This document shows positions 7,890 to 16,479 of a stretch of DNA of 32,000 nucleotides, one piece after another. The stretch spans positions 810,001-842,000 of the forward strand of contig NC_006576.1 in the NCBI RefSeq assembly GCF_000010065.1, written 5' to 3'. A program made the position numbers and the translations under genes. How positions within the stretch are numbered: position 1 is the first letter of the stretch; every line of letters starts with the position of its first letter. The notes below the pieces were generated by a model. It had not been told where the DNA came from. It saw only the letters and a program-made list of their open reading frames with translations, and made no database searches. The stretch is from Synechococcus elongatus PCC 6301 (GTDB taxonomy: Bacteria > Cyanobacteriota > Cyanobacteriia > Synechococcales > Synechococcaceae).

Positions 7890-10019
7890 GTGGCAGCTCA
7901 AAATCTCTACATTCTGCACATTCAGACCCATGGTCTGCTGCGAGGGCAGAACTTGGAACTGGGGCGAGATGCCGACACCGGCGGGCAGACCAAGTACGTC
8001 TTAGAACTGGCTCAAGCCCAAGCTAAATCCCCACAAGTCCAACAAGTCGACATCATCACCCGCCAAATCACCGACCCCCGCGTCAGTGTTGGTTACAGTC
8101 AGGCGATCGAACCCTTTGCGCCCAAAGGTCGGATTGTCCGTTTGCCTTTTGGCCCCAAACGCTACCTCCGTAAAGAGCTGCTTTGGCCCCATCTCTACAC
8201 CTTTGCGGATGCAATTCTCCAATATCTGGCTCAGCAAAAGCGCACCCCGACTTGGATTCAGGCCCACTATGCTGATGCTGGCCAAGTGGGATCACTGCTG
8301 AGTCGCTGGTTGAATGTACCGCTAATTTTCACAGGGCATTCTCTGGGGCGGATCAAGCTAAAAAAGCTGTTGGAGCAAGACTGGCCGCTTGAGGAAATTG
8401 AAGCGCAATTCAATATTCAACAGCGAATTGATGCGGAGGAGATGACGCTCACTCATGCTGACTGGATTGTCGCCAGCACTCAGCAGGAAGTGGAGGAGCA
8501 ATACCGCGTTTACGATCGCTACAACCCAGAGCGCAAGCTTGTCATTCCACCGGGTGTCGATACCGATCGCTTCAGGTTTCAGCCCTTGGGCGATCGCGGT
8601 GTTGTTCTCCAACAGGAACTGAGCCGCTTTCTGCGCGACCCAGAAAAACCTCAAATTCTCTGCCTCTGTCGCCCCGCACCTCGCAAAAATGTACCGGCGC
8701 TGGTGCGAGCCTTTGGCGAACATCCTTGGCTGCGCAAAAAAGCCAACCTTGTCTTAGTACTGGGCAGCCGCCAAGACATCAACCAGATGGATCGCGGCAG
8801 TCGGCAGGTGTTCCAAGAGATTTTCCATCTGGTCGATCGCTACGACCTCTACGGCAGCGTCGCCTATCCCAAACAGCATCAGGCTGATGATGTGCCGGAG
8901 TTCTATCGCCTAGCGGCTCATTCCGGCGGGGTATTCGTCAATCCGGCGCTGACCGAACCTTTTGGTTTGACAATTTTGGAGGCAGGAAGCTGCGGCGTGC
9001 CGGTGGTGGCAACCCATGATGGCGGCCCCCAGGAAATTCTCAAACACTGTGATTTCGGCACTTTAGTTGATGTCAGCCGACCCGCTAATATCGCGACTGC
9101 ACTCGCCACCCTGCTGAGCGATCGCGATCTTTGGCAGTGCTATCACCGCAATGGCATTGAAAAAGTTCCCGCCCATTACAGCTGGGATCAACATGTCAAT
9201 ACCCTGTTTGAGCGCATGGAAACGGTGGCTTTGCCTCGTCGTCGTGCTGTCAGTTTCGTACGGAGTCGCAAACGCTTGATTGATGCCAAACGCCTTGTCG
9301 TTAGTGACATCGACAACACACTGTTGGCCGATCGTCAAGGACTCGAGAATTTAATGACCTATCTCGATCAGTATCGCGATCATTTTGCCTTTGGAATTGC
9401 CACGGGGCGTCGCCTAGACTCTGCCCAAGAAGTCTTGAAAGAGTGGGGCGTTCCTTCGCCAAACTTCTGGGTGACTTCCGTCGGCAGCGAGATTCACTAT
9501 GGCACCGATGCTGAACCGGATATCAGCTGGGAAAAGCATATCAATCGCAACTGGAATCCTCAGCGAATTCGGGCAGTAATGGCACAACTACCCTTTCTTG
9601 AACTGCAGCCGGAAGAGGATCAAACACCCTTCAAAGTCAGCTTCTTTGTCCGCGATCGCCACGAGACTGTGCTGCGAGAAGTACGGCAACATCTTCGCCG
9701 CCATCGCCTGCGGCTGAAGTCAATCTATTCCCATCAGGAGTTTCTTGACATTCTGCCGCTAGCTGCCTCGAAAGGGGATGCGATTCGCCACCTCTCACTC
9801 CGCTGGCGGATTCCTCTTGAGAACATTTTGGTGGCAGGCGATTCTGGTAACGATGAGGAAATGCTCAAGGGCCATAATCTCGGCGTTGTAGTTGGCAATT
9901 ACTCACCGGAATCGGAGCCACTGCGCAGCTACGAGCGCGTCTATTTTGCTGAGGGCCACTATGCTAATGGCATTCTGGAAGCCTTAAAACACTATCGCTT
10001 TTTTGAGGCGATCGCTTAA
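7890..10019 (+). CDS. sps: sucrose-phosphate synthase with C-terminal sucrose-phosphatase-like (HAD) domain
   Basis: 709 aa, GTG start. GT-B glycosyltransferase core (EPFGLTILEAGSCGVPVVATHDGGPQEI). The C-terminal HAD domain starts VVSDIDNTLL and later has GDSGNDEEML. Confidence 0.9.
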   Translation: MAAQNLYILHIQTHGLLRGQNLELGRDADTGGQTKYVLELAQAQAKSPQVQQVDIITRQITDPRVSVGYSQAIEPFAPKGRIVRLPFGPKRYLRKELLWPHLYTFADAILQYLAQQKRTPTWIQAHYADAGQVGSLLSRWLNVPLIFTGHSLGRIKLKKLLEQDWPLEEIEAQFNIQQRIDAEEMTLTHADWIVASTQQEVEEQYRVYDRYNPERKLVIPPGVDTDRFRFQPLGDRGVVLQQELSRFLRDPEKPQILCLCRPAPRKNVPALVRAFGEHPWLRKKANLVLVLGSRQDINQMDRGSRQVFQEIFHLVDRYDLYGSVAYPKQHQADDVPEFYRLAAHSGGVFVNPALTEPFGLTILEAGSCGVPVVATHDGGPQEILKHCDFGTLVDVSRPANIATALATLLSDRDLWQCYHRNGIEKVPAHYSWDQHVNTLFERMETVALPRRRAVSFVRSRKRLIDAKRLVVSDIDNTLLADRQGLENLMTYLDQYRDHFAFGIATGRRLDSAQEVLKEWGVPSPNFWVTSVGSEIHYGTDAEPDISWEKHINRNWNPQRIRAVMAQLPFLELQPEEDQTPFKVSFFVRDRHETVLREVRQHLRRHRLRLKSIYSHQEFLDILPLAASKGDAIRHLSLRWRIPLENILVAGDSGNDEEMLKGHNLGVVVGNYSPESEPLRSYERVYFAEGHYANGILEALKHYRFFEAIA

Positions 10020-10031
10020 CCTTTTCAGTTA

Positions 10032-10078
10032 AAGATTGGGCGATCGCGTTGCTGCAATAGGTAGCGATTGCCAATCTT
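10032..10078 (+). other. long imperfect stem-loop just 3' of the sps stop (possible T-tract-less terminator or mRNA stabiliser)
   Basis: AAGATTGG(G)CGATCGC ... GCGATTG CCAATCTT gives about 15 bp with one bulge and one G-U, and a 16-nt loop. No downstream T-run. Confidence 0.35.
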
Positions 10079-10190
10079 GACCATTCCACTTGAGCGGGCA
10101 GCCAAAGTATTCAGTGCGATATTGCAGTCTTTTTCACGACGGGCTGAGAGAAGCGCGTGGGCTTAAGGTCTTTTTTGCAATCCCATGCAT

Positions 10191-11030
10191 TTAATGTTTT
10201 TGGAGCCAGCGATTTAAATCAGCGACAGTCTCAAAGTCGAGCCAATCAAGACTCAAGGCTTCGATCGCCTCCAATGACAGCGATCGAATCTGCTGCTCCT
10301 GCTCTTCCGTTAAGTTCTCAAATCGCCGCTGCAGCTGCCTCAAGACCAGAGCCAGCTCACCTTCTTGGCGTCCCTTTTTCTCACCTTCTTCCACCGCGCT
10401 TTGATAGAGGCGGGTTTGTTTTAAGTCGGAGACTTCAATACCGAGCATTTGATGAATCTCCTCAATCTCAAGCTGAGGCAACTTACTTGCCACTATAGCC
10501 TCCACCAGTTCGAGTAGCTGCTCAAACGCATCCTCATCCTCTGCTGACAACAACACCGCTCTCGCCGTCTCTCCTATCGCTGCCACTGGTACGACCAATA
10601 GCTTCAGCAACTGCAATCGCACTGAATTCAGCGATCGCCCGATCAAATCCTCTAGATACAGCCGCTGCACTCGTCCCTGCAGCAGTTCCGTAAAACTCGA
10701 CTCTTCACCTAAGTCCAGCGATCGCGCCCTGATCAGCAATAGCCCTCTCCAATTGGCTGCCTCGGGATACTGACGGATGTAACCAAATAACTCTGCAAAG
10801 TAGCGACTGTAAAAGCCGCGATCGCTCTGCATCTGCGCTTCTAAAAACACTGTTGGATAGCCGCTTCCTTCTTCGATCGGCTCCAGCAATCCATCTAGCC
10901 GAAACTCTTGCGCCTTCACCACCGGTGCCGAAAACCGGTACTTTGCCTCGGGCGGAATACCCTCCACCAGTTCCGTCACCAAATCGGGCAGTGTCGCAAA
11001 AATTGCGTAAAACAGCTTGTCTGTCTTCAT
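10191..11030 (-). CDS. Rpn-family / DUF2887+DUF4351 PD-(D/E)XK nuclease-like protein ('putative transposase' family)
   Basis: I prefer the MKTDKLFYAIF... start at 11030, 13 nt after the rsmE stop. The ORF-track start at 11096 would overlap rsmE by 53 nt. Core RLDGLL...VFLEAQMQSD resembles the D...E-x-Q nuclease motif. The C-terminus (GELALVLRQLQRRF...IRSL...L..L....L.F) is DUF4351-like. Confidence 0.7.
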   Translation of the reverse strand: MKTDKLFYAIFATLPDLVTELVEGIPPEAKYRFSAPVVKAQEFRLDGLLEPIEEGSGYPTVFLEAQMQSDRGFYSRYFAELFGYIRQYPEAANWRGLLLIRARSLDLGEESSFTELLQGRVQRLYLEDLIGRSLNSVRLQLLKLLVVPVAAIGETARAVLLSAEDEDAFEQLLELVEAIVASKLPQLEIEEIHQMLGIEVSDLKQTRLYQSAVEEGEKKGRQEGELALVLRQLQRRFENLTEEQEQQIRSLSLEAIEALSLDWLDFETVADLNRWLQKH

Positions 11031-11043
11031 CTCAGCCAGGGTA

Positions 11044-11775
11044 TCAGTCCAGCGATCGCGTTGCAGCGACGGCCTGAGCCAGGCTGAGGGCCACAATCGG
11101 CGCGGTCACCGCTCGCAAAATTGATGACCCAAGGGAAACCGGCGTCCATCCGACAGCGATCGCTTGCTCAATCTCGGCGTCACTCCAGCCGCCTTCGGGA
11201 CCAATTGCGATCGCGAGATCCGTCCAAGCCGGTTGGGCTTGCAGCCAAGGCAGTAAGTTTGGCAGCGATCGCCGTGCCAAGCAGATACAGCGCAGTGAAT
11301 CTGCGGGGATTTGAGCGATCGCTTCTGACCACAAACGGATCGGTTCAAGCTGCGGGAGGTAGAGGCGTTCTGATTGTTCGCTGGCCTCGATCGCAATCTT
11401 GCGCCAGCGATCAGTTTTCTGCGCTTCTGGTCGCACCTGACTGCGATCGCTAATCACCGGCTGAATCGTGGTCACGCCCAACTCGGTTGCCTGACGAATC
11501 ACCTCATCGAAGCCCTGTTTAGGCAGGGATTGGATCAGCGTCAGTCTTGGTTGAGCAGGCGGCAGGACTGGCACAGCTCCTACGGGGAAAAGCTGATCGC
11601 GATCGCCCAATTCTGCCGTCCACAAGCCGCCTTGCCCGTCGATCACGGCACAGCGATCGCCTGGTTTGAGGCGCAAAACCCGCTGCAAGTAATGACGTTG
11701 ATCCGCCGTTAACGACCAGCGATCGCCCTGCAATTGTTCGGGTGGCAGCCAGAGCCGTCGCAGTTCCCGCGCCAT
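11044..11775 (-). CDS. rsmE: 16S rRNA (uracil1498-N3)-methyltransferase RsmE
   Basis: 243 aa. N-terminal PUA-like segment (HYLQRVLRLKPGD...) and C-terminal SPOUT knot region (IAIGPEGGWSDAEI...LGSSILRAVTA). Confidence 0.85.
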   Translation of the reverse strand: MARELRRLWLPPEQLQGDRWSLTADQRHYLQRVLRLKPGDRCAVIDGQGGLWTAELGDRDQLFPVGAVPVLPPAQPRLTLIQSLPKQGFDEVIRQATELGVTTIQPVISDRSQVRPEAQKTDRWRKIAIEASEQSERLYLPQLEPIRLWSEAIAQIPADSLRCICLARRSLPNLLPWLQAQPAWTDLAIAIGPEGGWSDAEIEQAIAVGWTPVSLGSSILRAVTAPIVALSLAQAVAATRSLD

Positions 11776-12524
11776 CAGCCCACCGGCAGCGGTTGCAACT
11801 CACCCAAGCTGGGTTTGAAGATGCTGGTTTTTAGCCCTGCGGCGCTGAGTTGCGCTTCCAGTTCCGCCTGACTGCCGGAGCCGCGAATGATCTTGTTGAG
11901 AATGCCTTTGGACTCGATATCGCCGCCCGTAGCCGTTGGCAATAGGACTTGGAGTTGCAGCCGTTGTGCTAATTCCAGAGCTGTTTTGGCGCCTTGGATG
12001 ATCGGCCCTGCCAGCGGCAAGTCTAGGCTTTCGATTGGGGCGATCGCAGCAGTCACAGGGCCAGTCACGCTAGGGTCATGAAAACCGTGCGGCTCGTAGT
12101 AGAGGCTTTGTCCCGACTGGCGATCGCGAAGTAGGTAGCCGTTTTCGACTTGCGGGACGGGTGCGCCCTTGGTGGCTTGTAGTTCTAGATTGCCGATCGT
12201 GACGCTCTCACCCGGACTCAGCACCGTGACTTGGCTAAAGCCCAGCTTGCGAGCGACTTTGGCCGCTGCGGGTGACGCAAAGACAGGAATGCTGCGATCG
12301 AGCTGTTCTAGGGTCGGCACATGGGCATGATCCGGCAGACCTTGGGACAAAATCAGAGCATCGATCGCCTCAGGAATCGTCCACTGGTTCTTGTGGCGAG
12401 CTTCAAAAAACCACGCCTGATTACCAAAGCTGAGCGGCCCCACCAACCACGGATCAATCAGCAGGCGCAGACCCGCCCATTGCACTAGCCAGCTGTTGGC
12501 ACCGTAATAACAGACTTCCATCAC
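11775..12524 (-). CDS. MBL-fold metallo-hydrolase family protein
   Basis: 249 aa. ...LLIDPWL... and [16 protein letters not shown] (degenerate HxHxDH region). Start is GTG at 12524 or the adjacent ATG at 12521. Its stop overlaps the rsmE ATG by 1 nt (TGATG). Confidence 0.7.
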   Translation of the reverse strand: MMEVCYYGANSWLVQWAGLRLLIDPWLVGPLSFGNQAWFFEARHKNQWTIPEAIDALILSQGLPDHAHVPTLEQLDRSIPVFASPAAAKVARKLGFSQVTVLSPGESVTIGNLELQATKGAPVPQVENGYLLRDRQSGQSLYYEPHGFHDPSVTGPVTAAIAPIESLDLPLAGPIIQGAKTALELAQRLQLQVLLPTATGGDIESKGILNKIIRGSGSQAELEAQLSAAGLKTSIFKPSLGELQPLPVG

Positions 12525-13582
12525 ACCGTTTCCAGTTGAAGAGCACGCTGACGACGATTGTGCGCGAGGGCGATCGCTAATTCCAGCGCCGCCAGAAAAC
12601 TCTCAGGTCGCGCCATGCCTTGACCCGCGATATCGAAAGCCGTGCCGTGATCCGGCGAAGTCCGCACAAACGGCAAGCCAATCGTCGTATTAACTGCGCG
12701 ATCGAAGGCTAACAGCTTTACAGGGATCAAACCTTGGTCGTGATAGAGCGCCAGATAAGCATCCGGCGCAGCCACGCCCGCTCGCTGCCAAGCCTGCCCC
12801 GCTGAAAGCCAGAGCGTATCGGGCGGTTGGGGCCCCTGTAGCTGGACTTGCGGAAAGCGATCGCGCATCGATGCTAGCCACGGGATTAGCCAATCCTGTT
12901 CCTCACGTCCGAGGCGGCCTTGCTCGCCGCTGTGGGGATTGAGTCCTGCGATCGCGATCGTCGGTCGATCAATCCCGAAATCCTGCCGCAGACAGTCGAT
13001 CAAGAGGCTGAGTTTCTGGGTCAGCAACTCGGGGCTAAGGACATGAGGGACGTCCCGCAGCGGAATATGCGTTGTCGCCAACAGGGTGCGGAGTTCCCAG
13101 CCCGTCTGGGGCGATCGCGCCACAAACAACATCCCTGATCGCGAGACTTGAGCAGCCTCAGCCAGCACCTCTGTTTGCCCCGGATAGCCATGCCCCGCCA
13201 GTTGCCAAGCTGCCTTGGCGATGGGCGCCGTAACGATCGCTTCAAACTGTCCTTCTAGCGTCCCTGCGATCGCGCTTTCCAACGCTCGAAAGCTGACTTC
13301 GCCGCTCTCGGCTGTGATCTCGCCAGTCTGAATGTCCGTTGGAGGATCTGCCGTCGTCCGTTGAGCAAAGTCAGCAGGATCTGCTACCTCAGTCCGCGAT
13401 CGCAGATTTTGATAACAGGTCTGCCAGCAGAGCGGACTACCGACCAAGGTGATCTCGGTATGCTGAAGAAGGCCTTGAGACTGGGCGATCGCCAGCGCTT
13501 TGAGCGCCACTTCGGGACCAATCCCGGCAGGATCCCCCAAGCTGATAGCCACCTGCAGCGGTGAAAGTGACGGCGAAAGCAT
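12521..13582 (-). CDS. pdxA: 4-hydroxythreonine-4-phosphate dehydrogenase PdxA
   Basis: 353 aa. [11 protein letters not shown] near the N-terminus, AGLNPHSGE, and [15 protein letters not shown] near the C-terminus. Confidence 0.9.
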   Translation of the reverse strand: MLSPSLSPLQVAISLGDPAGIGPEVALKALAIAQSQGLLQHTEITLVGSPLCWQTCYQNLRSRTEVADPADFAQRTTADPPTDIQTGEITAESGEVSFRALESAIAGTLEGQFEAIVTAPIAKAAWQLAGHGYPGQTEVLAEAAQVSRSGMLFVARSPQTGWELRTLLATTHIPLRDVPHVLSPELLTQKLSLLIDCLRQDFGIDRPTIAIAGLNPHSGEQGRLGREEQDWLIPWLASMRDRFPQVQLQGPQPPDTLWLSAGQAWQRAGVAAPDAYLALYHDQGLIPVKLLAFDRAVNTTIGLPFVRTSPDHGTAFDIAGQGMARPESFLAALELAIALAHNRRQRALQLETV

Positions 13583-14363
13583 GGGGCGCTACCTAAAAAT
13601 TCTGGCGCTGTTCTGGAGCACCGCGATCGCGGCGGAACTGGAATACCGTCTCAATTTTCTCCTCGCCAGCTTCAGTAGTTTGGGTGGTTTGGCGGGCAGC
13701 TTATTTGGCCTCTTCCTCTTCTATCGTACGGGCTACCGCTTTCAGGGTTGGTCTTGGCCAGAAGCACAGCTCGTATTGGGCATCTTCACGCTCTTGCAAG
13801 GCGCTTCGGCCACACTGTTTGTGCCCAACCTCAACAAAATCGTCGAGCAAGTCCAGCAAGGCACCTTAGATTTCGTGCTGCTTAAGCCCGTCAGCTCGCA
13901 ATTTTGGCTCTCGACCCGCAGCCTTTCGCCTTGGGGCATCCCTGACTTTCTCTTTGGACTGGTGCTGATTGGCTATGCCGGTCAACAGTTGGGGTTGTCG
14001 CTGCTCGATTATTTGCAAGGCATTTTGCCGCTGGCCTGTAGCTTGGTGATTCTCTACAGCCTTTGGTTCATGATGGGGTCGCTCAGCATTTGGTTCGTCA
14101 AAATCTACAACGTCACCGAGGTTCTGCGCGGGCTGGTGGAAGCGGGACGCTATCCGATCAGTGCCTATCCCGCAGGCTTCCGAATCTTTTTCACCTTCGT
14201 TGTGCCGGTTGCCTTTCTCACGACCTTTCCCGCCGAAGCCGCCCTCGATCGCCGCCCGTTATTTTGGCTCTCTGGCGCAGCTTTCCTCGCGATCGCCTTG
14301 CTCTGGCTCTCTAATCGCTTTTGGCGCTTTGCCCTGCGCTTCTACACCAGCGCCTCCAGCTAA
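13581..14363 (+). CDS. ABC-2 family transporter permease (COG3694/COG4587-like), no adjacent ATPase
   Basis: I prefer the [13 protein letters not shown]... start (ATG 13581). The TTG at 13500 would add 27 aa antisense to pdxA. About 6 TM segments. The AELEYRLNF motif is typical of this permease family. Confidence 0.7.
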   Translation: MGRYLKILALFWSTAIAAELEYRLNFLLASFSSLGGLAGSLFGLFLFYRTGYRFQGWSWPEAQLVLGIFTLLQGASATLFVPNLNKIVEQVQQGTLDFVLLKPVSSQFWLSTRSLSPWGIPDFLFGLVLIGYAGQQLGLSLLDYLQGILPLACSLVILYSLWFMMGSLSIWFVKIYNVTEVLRGLVEAGRYPISAYPAGFRIFFTFVVPVAFLTTFPAEAALDRRPLFWLSGAAFLAIALLWLSNRFWRFALRFYTSASS

Positions 14364-14365
14364 AT

Positions 14366-14953
14366 TCAGGTCGGATTAGAACTGGCTACGATCGCCTGAA
14401 TCCCGGTTTGGAGCGTGTCAAAACAGGGCTGGAGTTGGGCCTGCACTTCTGGTGGAAATCTTTTTAAGGCAACGCCTAATAAGGTTTCGATCGCCTGTTG
14501 CATGGCTGCGATCGGCACTTCCAATTCTTCGTAAACGACGGCTAAAGCTTCAAAGCCCGCAGGCGTGGCGTAGTCGGCCCGTCCTGCTGCAACCCCGTAA
14601 CTGAGACAACGCAAAAACTGCCAACAATCGCGCCAGCAAGACTGCGATCGCGCCTCGGGGTAGAGCGCCCCACCCAGTTCGGTAATGCCGGGAAAGCGAT
14701 CGAGCAAATCAGCACGGGCGATCGCGATTAATTCGTCGGCATCATCGCGCAGAAACCGGGCTGCCGTCGGGTTGGCATTAGGGAGGCAGGCTAAAGCGAT
14801 CGCGACCAAATCCGCATCGGTCAAAAAGCGCTGCTCCTCCTCAGCCGCTTGGAAGCGCGTCAGCAGTTCCGCCGGAATCTCGGTCTGCCATGCCTGAAAA
14901 GTCGTCAGGCGAGCTTGGGGCAACAGTTGGCGGGCGCGATCGCTGAGGGGCAC
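14366..14953 (-). CDS. orphan phycobiliprotein-family (globin-like 'phycobilisome protein') paralogue
   Basis: 195 aa. RFLTDADL matches the phycobiliprotein RFLS..E region. ITELGGALYPEARSQSCWRDCWQFLRCLSYGVAAG aligns with the PGG..Y...R..AC.RD....LR...Y....G chromophore-pocket motif, including the Cys-84-equivalent. Confidence 0.65.
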   Translation of the reverse strand: MPLSDRARQLLPQARLTTFQAWQTEIPAELLTRFQAAEEEQRFLTDADLVAIALACLPNANPTAARFLRDDADELIAIARADLLDRFPGITELGGALYPEARSQSCWRDCWQFLRCLSYGVAAGRADYATPAGFEALAVVYEELEVPIAAMQQAIETLLGVALKRFPPEVQAQLQPCFDTLQTGIQAIVASSNPT

Positions 14954-14986
14954 GACAGTTTCTGCGAAAAGCGGCTTTCTCAGCCT

Positions 14987-15019
14987 AAAACGCGCAACGC
15001 CCGACCGGAGCCGAGCGTT
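14987..15019 (-). terminator. candidate intrinsic terminator of sodB
   Basis: Minus strand: AACGCTCGGC-TCCG-GTCGGGCGTT (10-bp stem, two G-U pairs), then GCGCG+TTTT, 39 nt after the sodB stop. Confidence 0.45.
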
Positions 15020-15057
15020 AGCGATCGCTGTCAGAGCAGCATTAGTTCAGGTGCAAT

Positions 15058-15663
15058 CTAAGCGATCGCAGCTGCGTAGTTGGCAGAGGCGAAGTCCCAG
15101 TTCGCCAGCTTCTCAACGAAGGTGCTGATGTAGTCGGGACGACGGTTTTGGTAGTCGAGGTAGTAAGCGTGTTCCCAGACATCGATGGTCAGTAGCGGGG
15201 TTTGACCATGGGCAATCGGGGTGTCGGCGTTGCCGGTTTTGGTGATTTTGAGGGTGCCATTGTCCAGCACCAACCAAGCCCAGCCGCTGCCGAACTGGGT
15301 TGCTGCGGCTTGTTTGAACTCGGTCACGAAGTTCTCGAAACTGCCGAAGTCAGCGGCGATTTTGTCGGCCAACGCGCCGGTGGGAGCGCCACCGCCATTG
15401 GGCTTGATCGAGTTCCAGTAAAAGCTGTGGTTCCAAGCTTGAGCCGCATTGTTGAACAGACCGGCTTTGCTAGCGTCACCCGCGATCGCTTTGATCACGG
15501 CTTCGATCGGCTGGCCATCGAGGTCGGTGTCTTCGACGGCGTTGTTGTAGTTATTGATGTAGGCCGCGTGGTGCTTATCGTGGTGGAACTCCAGCGTTTC
15601 CTTGGTGATGTAAGGCGCCAGTGCCGTGTAGTCAAAGGGCAATGCTGGCAATTCGTAGGACAC
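15058..15663 (-). CDS. sodB: iron superoxide dismutase
   Basis: 201 aa from the GTG at 15663 ((M)SYELPALPFDY...). The ORF-track 229-aa form adds an implausible N-terminal extension. Fe/Mn-SOD motifs FHHDKHH and DVWEHAYYLDYQNRRPDY. AAQ.WNH is typical of the Fe type. Confidence 0.92.
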   Translation of the reverse strand: MSYELPALPFDYTALAPYITKETLEFHHDKHHAAYINNYNNAVEDTDLDGQPIEAVIKAIAGDASKAGLFNNAAQAWNHSFYWNSIKPNGGGAPTGALADKIAADFGSFENFVTEFKQAAATQFGSGWAWLVLDNGTLKITKTGNADTPIAHGQTPLLTIDVWEHAYYLDYQNRRPDYISTFVEKLANWDFASANYAAAIA

Positions 15664-15821
15664 GCAGTGTGTTCCCTTGAGCAGGTTGTCTTTACCTAGA
15701 TTAATAAAAACCGGACGCTTCCCTCGTCTGAGCGTCTCCTGCAGCACAAGCCACCCGAGATTGACTAAGGTCGCTTCCGCTATCTGAGATAGTTGAACCT
15801 GCAGATTGTGAGCTGAGCCCC

Positions 15822-16415
15822 ATGACCCACGCCACCGACGTGCTGACGCTAGCCCGCTGGCTGGCTGCCGACTTCAGCAATCAAGCCCAAGCCTTCGAAA
15901 ATCCGCCTTTCTTCGCCCATATCCGTGTCTGTATGCGGCCGCTGGCGCTGGAGGTTCTGGATGGCCTCAGCCTCTACGTGGAGCAAGCCTACGACCTCGA
16001 CGTCAATCAGCCCTATCGCGCCCGTGTCTTGAAATTGGTACCTGCGGGCGACCACATCGAAATTGAGAACTTCCGGGTCATTGATGGCGAGGACTTGTTT
16101 GGGGCGTCCCGCGATCGCGATCGCCTGGCCAAATTGACACGCGATCGCCTCGAGAAACTACCGGGCTGCACCCTCATCACCCATTGGACGGGGAATGGCT
16201 TCAAAGGCGTCGTAGAACCCGGCAAGGGCTGCATTGTTGAGCGCAAGGGCCAGGCGACTTATCTCGAAAGCGAATTTGAAATCGACGACGAGAAGATGAT
16301 CAGCCTCGATCGCGGCCGTCATCCTGAAACCGATGAACAGGTTTGGGGATCGGTGGCGGGGCCATTTCACTTCCTGCGCTGGCACAGTTTTGCCGACGAA
16401 GTGCCCACCCCGTAA
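15822..16415 (+). CDS. cpcT: phycocyanobilin lyase CpcT/CpeT family
   Basis: 197 aa. LARWLAADFSNQAQAFENPPFFAHIRVCMRPL is the characteristic CpcT (DUF1001) N-terminus. Beta-barrel-length protein. Confidence 0.85.
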   Translation: MTHATDVLTLARWLAADFSNQAQAFENPPFFAHIRVCMRPLALEVLDGLSLYVEQAYDLDVNQPYRARVLKLVPAGDHIEIENFRVIDGEDLFGASRDRDRLAKLTRDRLEKLPGCTLITHWTGNGFKGVVEPGKGCIVERKGQATYLESEFEIDDEKMISLDRGRHPETDEQVWGSVAGPFHFLRWHSFADEVPTP

Positions 16416-16479
16416 CAGCCACTGAATCCGAGTCCTGATCAGACCTCGCTATGGTGGTAGAGGTCTTGGGTCTTTCGCC

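Noticed and set aside
15664-15747. N-terminal 28-aa extension of sodB in the ORF track (start at 15747)
   Set aside because: FeSODs start at the ...SYELPALPFDY region, and a GTG sits exactly there, giving the expected 201 aa. The extension (MLQETLRRGKRPVFINLGKDNLLKGTHC) has no signal-peptide or SOD character.
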